Of a DNA stretch of 34,925 bases, positions 27,550 to 34,925 are shown one piece after another. A program made the position numbers and the translations under genes. Under the pieces are notes generated by a model. That model had not been told where the DNA came from. It made no database searches and worked only from the letters and a program-made list of their open reading frames with translations. The DNA comes from Oligoflexales bacterium. GTDB lineage: Bacteria > Bdellovibrionota_B > Oligoflexia > Oligoflexales > Bog-1112. Location: the NCBI GenBank assembly GCA_045105515.1, contig JBGCDR010000393.1:1-34925 (forward strand). The letters are read 5' to 3'. Position 1 is the first letter of the stretch, and each line of letters opens with the position of its first letter.

Positions 27550-27974
27550 GCAACCCAGTAAGCACCATTTTTAATTTCAATGACCGCTTACAAATGGAGT
27601 CATTAAATCAAAGGCTTAGGCGTTCGCATGTAATTACTTCCAATGTAGCAAATGCTGAAACACCTGGTTTTCGTGCTATTGGCTATGATTTCGAAGAGCA
27701 ATTGCAGGAATTAAGTGGAGCAAACACTGATTTACCGCTTAAAACCACTAATCCGAGCCATCGGAAAAATACATTCACACAAGCTGATGGAACCATAACT
27801 CCAGATGTGTTTGTAAGACCATCCGAAAGTGTAAGTAACGATGGAAATACCGTAGACATCGACCATGAAATGACCGAAATGGCTCACAATCAGATACTTT
27901 ATCGAACTGCGGTTGAAACCATTACGAGAAAAGTAGGACTGCTAAAATACGCTATACACGGAGGTAGAGGATGA
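27546..27974 (+). CDS. flgB: Flagellar basal body rod protein FlgB
   Basis: SNVANAETPGF, DGNTVDIDHEM. Confidence 0.95.
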   Translation: MSNPVSTIFNFNDRLQMESLNQRLRRSHVITSNVANAETPGFRAIGYDFEEQLQELSGANTDLPLKTTNPSHRKNTFTQADGTITPDVFVRPSESVSNDGNTVDIDHEMTEMAHNQILYRTAVETITRKVGLLKYAIHGGRG

Positions 27975-28414
27975 GTGGATTCTTTAAATCAATGATGATT
28001 AGTAGTTCAGGCCTTGCGTCGCAGCGCCTTAGAATGAATGTGTTAAGTACCAACCTAGCAAATGCTCAAACAACTAGAACTCCAGAAGGAGGGCCATATA
28101 AACGACAAGATGTGGTTTTTTCCGCAAAACCTACGGGCTCACCTTTTGAGGATTTCTTAGATGATACCTTACTTACACAATTGAGGAAGGTAAATGTCGT
28201 AGATATTCATCAAGACCAAAAGGAACCTAGACAAGTTTTTGATCCTAGCCACATCGATGCAGATGCCAATGGTTATGTAAAAATGCCAAATATTCAAGTT
28301 ATGAGCGAAATGGTCAACATGATCACTGCTACAAGAGCATATGAAGCCAATGCGACTGCTCTGAATGAAGCTAAAAGCATGGCTGTTAAGGCCCTTGAAA
28401 TAGGTCGCGCCTAA
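27971..28414 (+). CDS. flgC: Flagellar basal body rod protein FlgC
   Basis: SGLASQRLRMNV..NLANA..TRTPEGGPY, DPSH.DA..GYV.MPN, RAYEAN. Confidence 0.97.
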   Translation: MSGFFKSMMISSSGLASQRLRMNVLSTNLANAQTTRTPEGGPYKRQDVVFSAKPTGSPFEDFLDDTLLTQLRKVNVVDIHQDQKEPRQVFDPSHIDADANGYVKMPNIQVMSEMVNMITATRAYEANATALNEAKSMAVKALEIGRA

Positions 28415-28427
28415 TTAAGGAGTACAT

Positions 28428-28757
28428 ATGGAAGCTTATAAAGCTCAACTGAGCCAAAAGATCCAGAATGATCAGCTACTAAACTGGTCGAAAAAACAAC
28501 AGAATTCTACCGAAAGTACAGGTCCCACCGAAGATGAGAAGAGCTTCCTTGACTACGTTTCAGAAGGAGTCAAGACCGTCAATAATATCCAGGCTAATGC
28601 CGACAAAATGTCAACGAACCTGGCAACGGGCAAGCAAGAAAATATTCATGAAACTATGCTCGCCATATCTCAAGCCGAACTAAGTTTTAAATTGATGGTA
28701 CAAGTTCGTAACAAAGCACTAGAAGCTTACCAGGAAGTTATGCGCATGCAGGTATAG
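28428..28757 (+). CDS. fliE: Flagellar hook-basal body protein FliE
   Basis: QVRNKALEAYQEVMRMQV. Confidence 0.96.
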   Translation: MEAYKAQLSQKIQNDQLLNWSKKQQNSTESTGPTEDEKSFLDYVSEGVKTVNNIQANADKMSTNLATGKQENIHETMLAISQAELSFKLMVQVRNKALEAYQEVMRMQV

Positions 28758-28777
28758 ATAAAGAGGGATATTAAGTA

Positions 28778-30394
28778 TTGGATCGCTTTAACGAAATTTT
28801 TCAAAACTTCGTGTCCATGGTTTCCGGAGTTTGGGGTCGTTTTTCAGTCACCCAAAGAGTCATCGGACTGATATCAGCGGTCCTGCTGATCGTAACTCTA
28901 AGTACTGTATTCATTTTCCAAGAATCAAAAAGCAATCAGTATTTATATGTCAATCTATCTCAAGATGATATCACTGCAATCACTAATTTTCTTGCTAAAA
29001 ATAACTACACTAGCTTTCATGTCGACGACAAAGGAATCTCTGTTCCAGACAGCGATATAGATAGAATTCGTATCATGCTTAGTCAAGAAGGTTTACCACA
29101 AAAAGGTTTGGTAGGTTGGGAGCAGTTTGATCAAAAAGACTTCACACGTACTGAATTTGAACAAGAAATTCAAAAAATGCGAGCAATTCAGGGAGAACTT
29201 GCTAGAACCATTTCTTCGATTGAAGGAATCAACTCTGCAAGAGTTCATATTGTCGTTCCAAAGACAAGTCTATTTGTTCGCGAGGAAAAACAACCTACTG
29301 CTTCCATATACTTAAAATCTAAAAGAGGATTTGAGCCAGACAAAAAGCAGATTAAAGGCATTCAGCATATGGTATCTCATGCTGTTGAAGGATTAAAACC
29401 TAACCAAATTAGCATTATAAACTCTGATGGACGACTTTTAACTGAAATCGAAACAACAGACGAAGCGATGAAACAATCTAAGGAATCTCTGACCTACAAA
29501 CGCCAGATCGAAAAGAACCTAGAAGATAGGATCAGAGCAATCGTAGGAAGAATCGTTGGTCTTGATCGTATAGAAGCAAAGGTTGATGCTGAGATTGATT
29601 TTACAGTCGAGAAGCAAACTATATCAGATATCGATCCAGATGACATTGCTGTTGTATCTAGAAATACATCTGGCTTTTCAATGGAAGGGCAAGGGCTTAA
29701 TCCAACTGGCATCCCAGGAAGCAAGTCTAACGTCCCAGGAGAACAAGAAAATACCGAGGTCAACACCTCAAAAGCTGGAAGTAAAAAAGATACCGAACTT
29801 ATTAACTATGAATTTTCTAAAGTTGTAAGTCAGAAAAATTTAGCAGTTGGAAAAATCCTTCGTTTAACGGTTTCTGCAATTGTTGATGGTAGTCAGATAT
29901 ATCCACTTGATGGCAGCGTACCAGAGTTTGAAGCTAGGCCAGAAAGTGAAATGAAAAAAATAGAGGACTTGATAAAAGATGCTGTAGGTTTTATGGAAAA
30001 AAGAGACTCACTTACAGTTCACAATATGATGTTCCAATTAGATCCTTATCAAGCACTAGAAATTAAGAAACAGAAAAAAGAAGATCGGGAGTATTTATCT
30101 ACTCTAGTAATTTCATCGGTGATCGCGCTTGCGATTATGTTCTTCTTTGCATTTATCGTCAGACCTTATTTTAGATGGCTTTCATATGATCCAGAACGCA
30201 AAGAAGAGCAAAGTATTGTTGAGGAATACAAACCAGACTTGGAACTTGGAAGTATGCAGAATGTTCAAATTCAAGAAGATGTTCCATTTGAAAAACTTTC
30301 TCCCAAAGAACAAGTCCTCTATTTAGCTAAACACGAGCCAAAAAGGACAACTGAAGCCATACGAATTATGATAAGTCCAACCTATCAGGGGTAA
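28778..30394 (+). CDS. fliF: Flagellar MS-ring protein FliF
   Basis: Two TMs; GWEQFD, RAIQGELARTI, SARVHI, PTAS, GIPG..SNVP; TTG start. Confidence 0.95.
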   Translation: MDRFNEIFQNFVSMVSGVWGRFSVTQRVIGLISAVLLIVTLSTVFIFQESKSNQYLYVNLSQDDITAITNFLAKNNYTSFHVDDKGISVPDSDIDRIRIMLSQEGLPQKGLVGWEQFDQKDFTRTEFEQEIQKMRAIQGELARTISSIEGINSARVHIVVPKTSLFVREEKQPTASIYLKSKRGFEPDKKQIKGIQHMVSHAVEGLKPNQISIINSDGRLLTEIETTDEAMKQSKESLTYKRQIEKNLEDRIRAIVGRIVGLDRIEAKVDAEIDFTVEKQTISDIDPDDIAVVSRNTSGFSMEGQGLNPTGIPGSKSNVPGEQENTEVNTSKAGSKKDTELINYEFSKVVSQKNLAVGKILRLTVSAIVDGSQIYPLDGSVPEFEARPESEMKKIEDLIKDAVGFMEKRDSLTVHNMMFQLDPYQALEIKKQKKEDREYLSTLVISSVIALAIMFFFAFIVRPYFRWLSYDPERKEEQSIVEEYKPDLELGSMQNVQIQEDVPFEKLSPKEQVLYLAKHEPKRTTEAIRIMISPTYQG

Positions 30395-30397
30395 ACA

Positions 30398-31708
30398 ATG
30401 ATTACTGATGGTGCCCATAAACGGAAAGGAAAGTTCCTTAAAAAGGACTCTCCCTTGATGGAGAAAGTTAAAATCCAAAGATTTAACTTTTCAGAAATTC
30501 GCAAAAGCAAAGTCTTATATCCAGACAACCCTTCATATAATATTTACTATAAAAAATTTCAACAACCAGAGCACATAGACAAAACCGTCGCTCTTAGTGG
30601 TAAAATTTTTGAAGATCTCCAGGGCAAAGGAATGAAAGCACCCGTAATTTTCCCGCGCGATTTTACCGCTGACTGGATAGAAGAAAAAAAGAAAATGAAA
30701 AGACGCAGTGCTCACAAAAATTTCGATGATGATGAATTTGAGATGGCAATAGAAGAAGAGGAAAGAAAGGCAAGAGAAGAAGAAAATCTTGTCGAGGAGT
30801 ACAGAGAACGAATAAGTAAGAAAGATCATCCTTCTGATTCGATTAAAGAGAATGAAAAAATTTCAAACCAGGAAATATATCAAAATAAAGAAGAGTCAAA
30901 CCCTGACTCCGACCCCGAATCTAATACGGAAGAAAATCTAAAATCATTACAATCTGGTCCTGCAGAAACAACTAGTATGCAAGATATGGGTGAAGCAATT
31001 AGAAATTTTTCACACTCAGGTGTAGAATCAAACCCTTTAAAAACTATTAAAGATGAGGGTCAACCAGAGGATGTTTCACAAGGTGATTTTGTTCCTACAC
31101 CCATTACCGAGGAACAACAAGCTAAGCGTGAAAATGAATCTACTTATGATATGGACCAAGAACAAGAAAAGCATAATATATTTGAACAAGCTCACGAAAA
31201 AGGTTATGAGGAAGGCCTTAGAAAAGGTAAAGAAGAAGCCATTTTTGCAGCCCAACAAGAAACTCAGAGCATGATAGATTCTTTTCACAAAAGCCTAACA
31301 AATCTTAAAGATTTAAATCGTAAAATCTTAGAAAAAGCACAAGATAACTTTACCGAAATTTCCTCTGCATTGAGTGAAGCTCTTATAGGAAAAGCAATTA
31401 AGATTGATCCAAGCCTGTTTAAAAATATCATTGACAAGGCCATCGCTGAGGGTATAGGTGACCAGGATTACCGAATTAGGGTTAGTCCAAAACTCCTAGG
31501 TGAGCTTAAGAAGCTTGGTATTAACGATATAGACGATCGCTGGCAAGAGGACCCATCTATTGAAGAAGGTCAATTTGTTGTTGAATCCGATGAAATGAAA
31601 ATCAGTAATAATTTAAGAGACATCATCAACACCATGGTTGGAAATTTGGACCTAAACCTCTTTGAAGAGGCTCCTGCCGAAAATTATAAGAAACAAGATG
31701 AAGAATAA
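30398..31708 (+). CDS. fliH: FliH-like flagellar export protein with a long charged N-terminal extension
   Basis: AHEKGYEEGLRKGKEEA GxxxG repeats, C-terminal IRVSP..EDPSIEEGQFVVES; immediately upstream of fliI. Confidence 0.8.
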   Translation: MITDGAHKRKGKFLKKDSPLMEKVKIQRFNFSEIRKSKVLYPDNPSYNIYYKKFQQPEHIDKTVALSGKIFEDLQGKGMKAPVIFPRDFTADWIEEKKKMKRRSAHKNFDDDEFEMAIEEEERKAREEENLVEEYRERISKKDHPSDSIKENEKISNQEIYQNKEESNPDSDPESNTEENLKSLQSGPAETTSMQDMGEAIRNFSHSGVESNPLKTIKDEGQPEDVSQGDFVPTPITEEQQAKRENESTYDMDQEQEKHNIFEQAHEKGYEEGLRKGKEEAIFAAQQETQSMIDSFHKSLTNLKDLNRKILEKAQDNFTEISSALSEALIGKAIKIDPSLFKNIIDKAIAEGIGDQDYRIRVSPKLLGELKKLGINDIDDRWQEDPSIEEGQFVVESDEMKISNNLRDIINTMVGNLDLNLFEEAPAENYKKQDEE

Positions 31709-31737
31709 GATCATCGAGAACTATAGGCTTTAGCTAA

Positions 31738-33105
31738 ATGGATATTCCTCCTATCAAGCAGTTTGTTAGAAGCAATTTTTCAAAAAAATTAAATACCATC
31801 AATTGGAATGTGGAGGGAAAGGTATGTAATGTGGTAGGGAATATTATTGAAGCCAAAATACCTCAATGCCCAATGGGTACGATTATGGAAATTGATGTCT
31901 CAGGCAGCAAGGATTCTATTCTAGGTGAAGTCGTTGGTTTCAAGCATTCAAAAACCCTTTTGCTACCTTATTCAGATCTTTCAGGTATCAGTACTGGAGC
32001 GTTAATTCGCAACCAAGGGTGCCATGAATTTATTGGTGTTGGAGATTTTTTGCTTGGAAAGATTGTTGACCCTTTTCTCGATACTTTCACTGGAGACGCA
32101 TTAAAAGGCCCCGAGAAAACAGATCGGGTGCCCATAAATAAAGAAGCTCCCAACCCGCTTTTAAGAAACCGCATTAACCAACCCATTTCCTTAGGTATAA
32201 GAGCCATAGACGGGTTACTGACTTTTGGTGAAGGCCAAAGAATCGGCTTAATGGCTGGATCTGGAGTTGGGAAAAGCGTACTTATGGGCATGATTGCGCG
32301 GGGCTCAGAAGCAGATATTAATGTGATCGGACTAATTGGCGAACGAGGAAGAGAAGTAAGGGAATTTCTAGAAAAAGAACTCGGTTCTGATGGGCTAAAA
32401 AAATCAATCGTTGTGGTCGTCACCAGCGATCAATCACCTCTTATGCGAATACGAGGTGCAAAAGTAGTCACTGCAATTGCCGAGTATTTTTCTGGAAAAG
32501 GTAAAAAAGTACTACTGATGATGGACAGCTTAACCCGAGTTGCTCAGGCGCAAAGAGAGATCGGTCTTTCTGTTGGAGAGCCACCCACCAGCAAAGCTTA
32601 TCCTCCATCTGTTTTCTCCCTACTGCCACGCTTGCTTGAACGCAGTGGCCCACAACTTAAGGGACAAGGAAGTATCAGTGGATTTTATACAGTTCTTGTT
32701 GATGGAGATGATTTTAACGATCCTCTTCCAGATGCCATCCGTTCTATTCTTGATGGGCATATTAACTTGTCTCGCTCCCTTGCAAATAAGGGTCATTTTC
32801 CGGCAATTGAAATTACTAGCAGTGTGTCCAGAGTAATGACGGACATTACCCCAGTTCAACAACAACAATTAGCAATTCAAATTCGTGAGCTCCTCTCCAC
32901 TTATGAGGAAAATTTTGATTTTATACAAATGGGTGGATATCAAGAAAATACAAATCCAGTACTTGATAAGGCGATTCAAATTATGCCTCTCATTAATGCA
33001 TATTTGCGGCAACCAATGGATTACTTAAGCACAATGGAAGAAGCAATTCATGGCCTTATAAAAATACGCGACACCCTAAGTGAGCTAGAGCAGCAGCAAG
33101 TTTAG
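31738..33105 (+). CDS. fliI: Flagellar export ATPase FliI
   Basis: GQRIGLMAGSGVGKS, IGERGREVREF, MDSLTR, ILDGHI.LSR. Confidence 0.96.
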   Translation: MDIPPIKQFVRSNFSKKLNTINWNVEGKVCNVVGNIIEAKIPQCPMGTIMEIDVSGSKDSILGEVVGFKHSKTLLLPYSDLSGISTGALIRNQGCHEFIGVGDFLLGKIVDPFLDTFTGDALKGPEKTDRVPINKEAPNPLLRNRINQPISLGIRAIDGLLTFGEGQRIGLMAGSGVGKSVLMGMIARGSEADINVIGLIGERGREVREFLEKELGSDGLKKSIVVVVTSDQSPLMRIRGAKVVTAIAEYFSGKGKKVLLMMDSLTRVAQAQREIGLSVGEPPTSKAYPPSVFSLLPRLLERSGPQLKGQGSISGFYTVLVDGDDFNDPLPDAIRSILDGHINLSRSLANKGHFPAIEITSSVSRVMTDITPVQQQQLAIQIRELLSTYEENFDFIQMGGYQENTNPVLDKAIQIMPLINAYLRQPMDYLSTMEEAIHGLIKIRDTLSELEQQQV

Positions 33106-33123
33106 TCAAAATAAGAAGTAAAT

Positions 33124-33570
33124 ATGAGCATTCTAGTAAAAATACGGCGAATTAAGCCTTTAATTAGGGCAAAAAAAGCGATTGTCGATAAGGAAATGCT
33201 AAATCTGACACAAATTATTCAAGAAAAAATAGCCACACAAAATGAACTTCACCGTTGCCAACAAGCCTACATGCAAGGAATCAATGAACTAAACCAGCAA
33301 AGAAACCGTGAATACCGAAATGGTCAAGATTATATGGAAAAATGTGTAGATCATACAAAAGATCTATGGACCAATTTATTCAAGGAATCACAGATTTTAG
33401 AAAAAAAAATTGAGGCCCAAAGATCTGTTTTACTTAAAGCAAAGCGCAGACTGAAAGAAGCTGAAAATCTTCATGAACGTTATGAGTATGAGTTAAAGAA
33501 ACTTGTGAGTAAACAAGAGCAGAATTTCTTAGATGAATTTCACTTAGGCACCCGCATGCGACAAAAATAG
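33124..33570 (+). CDS. fliJ: Flagellar export protein FliJ
   Basis: 148-aa coiled coil after fliI, C-terminal EQNFLDE motif. Confidence 0.8.
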   Translation: MSILVKIRRIKPLIRAKKAIVDKEMLNLTQIIQEKIATQNELHRCQQAYMQGINELNQQRNREYRNGQDYMEKCVDHTKDLWTNLFKESQILEKKIEAQRSVLLKAKRRLKEAENLHERYEYELKKLVSKQEQNFLDEFHLGTRMRQK

Positions 33571-33579
33571 GAGTATGCT

Positions 33580-34341
33580 ATGAATGACAGTCCAAGGTTG
33601 ACCAATGTTTTCAAATTACTCCTTGGTGTCAAAATCACAGCCTTAATTCTCTTAGCTGCACTGTATCTGGGCTGGCTTTATTTAGGCGAGCGCAAGTCGC
33701 ATGGGCAAAATGGAGAAAATCAAGATGTATCAGAATTGGAAAATTCTACAAAATCTCAAAAATTGGCTAGATTCGATTCTAGAAATCGCAGCAGAGATTC
33801 CAAAAATTTCCTTGAATCTTTATTGACACTTCCAGAGCTTGACGTTAACAAAAGCAGCAAAGATGAAATTGGCAGATATCTAACCTTAATCGATCAAGCT
33901 AAACAGCAAGTTGCTGAAAAAATGGGTGTTCTTGAACATAAACTTAGTCAACTAAGAGATCTTGAAAATAGCCTTGATGCAAAGATTGCAAGACTAGATG
34001 AAGAACGACAATTCTTTGCCCAAACGATCCAACAAGAAAAAAAAATACAAAAAGAGAGGCTTGAAGATTTAGTCGATCTATACGAAAAAATGGAGCCAAA
34101 AAAAGCTGCTCCTGTATTTGAAGCCATGGACAAAGATTTAGTCATTGCTATATTCAAGAAAATGAAAAAAAAGCAAGTTACTAAAGTCCTAGAATCTATG
34201 CAAACCGATAAATCAGTTATGATTAGTGAATATTTTGGAAGGGTCGGATCTGCACGAGAATATGATCTTTTAAAAGAGATGAATAGATCACTGCAAATGG
34301 CATTCAATGACTGCAAGGAGCTTCCTGACAAGGCAAAATAA
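33580..34341 (+). CDS. MotE/FlbB/YlxF-like flagellar protein (TM + coiled coil + MgtE-N-like domain)
   Basis: LVDLYEKMEPKKAAPVFEAMD...IFKKMKKKQVTKVLESM; position after fliJ. Confidence 0.8.
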   Translation: MNDSPRLTNVFKLLLGVKITALILLAALYLGWLYLGERKSHGQNGENQDVSELENSTKSQKLARFDSRNRSRDSKNFLESLLTLPELDVNKSSKDEIGRYLTLIDQAKQQVAEKMGVLEHKLSQLRDLENSLDAKIARLDEERQFFAQTIQQEKKIQKERLEDLVDLYEKMEPKKAAPVFEAMDKDLVIAIFKKMKKKQVTKVLESMQTDKSVMISEYFGRVGSAREYDLLKEMNRSLQMAFNDCKELPDKAK

Positions 34342-34374
34342 ATCTCAGGCCATTTTTAGATATCAATTCACACT

Positions 34375-34788
34375 TTATTTACTGCCATAACCTCCTCCCC
34401 CTGGAGTTTCAACGTAGACGATATCTCCTGATTCTACTTGAACGCTCTGGACACTTGATAAAGGATACTTTTCTATTCCTTTTCGTAATAAATAGTTTTT
34501 GCCACTTTTTCCAGCTTCACCTCCTGCTAAACCAAACGGTCTGCGAAGCCGGTTATTAGAGATAATATTTAGCTGCATCGACTTAAGAAATTCGAGTTTA
34601 CGGACTATACCGTTTCCTCCCCTCCATTTTCCTGTACCACCGCTCCCCCTACGAATTGCAAACTCTTTAACGACCACCGGAAATCGGCTTTCAATTACTT
34701 CAGGATCCGTCATCCTTGAGTTAGTCATATGAGTTTGAATCGCATCAGCACCATGAAAACCCATTCCTGCACCAGCACCGCCTCCAAT
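34375..34788 (-). pseudogene. 3' fragment of a 5-oxoprolinase/hydantoinase B gene
   Basis: IGGGAGAG..HMTNSRMTDPEVIE.RFPV..GSGG.G.WRGG...ETPGGGGYG is only the C-terminal ~135 aa; the expected upstream YYET is absent and the frame hits a stop shortly upstream. Confidence 0.8.
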
Positions 34789-34925
34789 CAGGGTTGATTC
34801 AAGTAAGCTTTTAACCAAATTTTGAAGTACGTTAAAATGGGTTCAGCATATTTTTTTAACAAAATTTTTGTTGTCAAAAATATTTGAGATGTATTTTTTT
34901 GACTATTCAAGCATAATCTAACAAT
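34789..34925. mobile_element. Possible end of an ISAs1-family IS or MITE (runs off the window)
   Basis: CAGGGTTGATTCAAG begins exactly where oxoprolinase similarity stops; abrupt AT-rich sequence follows; no transposase visible. Confidence 0.45.

Noticed and set aside
28778..33570. Non-flagellar type III secretion system
   Set aside because: flgB, flgC, fliE and a full FliF identify a flagellar basal body; no secretin or needle genes
1134..34732. Numerous 60-150-aa antisense or alternate-frame ORFs in the track (e.g. 31968-32423, 33948-34331, 22696-23007)
   Set aside because: They lie within or largely overlap well-supported genes and have no motifs; shadow ORFs

Overview
AT-rich bacterial chromosomal segment. 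Gene content and protein style suggest a Bdellovibrionota/Oligoflexia-like diderm (inference). Left to right: (1) a diheme cytochrome c/beta-barrel fusion with a Cyc2-like N-terminus, head-to-head with a tetraheme lipoprotein cytochrome, next to a single-POTRA Omp85 protein and a Cys-rich exported protein; (2) an orphan CheZ-like ORF, etfBA, a class V aminotransferase and a ZIP-like transporter; (3) envelope genes (mltD-like, TonB-like, bamD, a large metzincin lipoprotein, an oversized lptD, lptE); (4) an NTT/TLC-family nucleotide (ATP/ADP-type) translocase preceded by a structured, terminator-containing leader with a short ORF, and hldE; (5) a sigma54-promoted flagellar operon (AMIN/TPR protein, sensor-less sigma54 activator, flgB-flgC-fliE-fliF-[no fliG]-elongated fliH-fliI-fliJ-MotE-like); (6) a 5'-truncated oxoprolinase/hydantoinase B fragment broken exactly at a CAGGG (ISAs1-like) end. 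The best candidates for an undescribed system are the diheme porin-cytochrome plus tetraheme lipoprotein module and the attenuator/riboswitch-like leader of the nucleotide translocase. No tRNA, rRNA or CRISPR array was seen. All family assignments come from motif recognition by eye; no searches were run.
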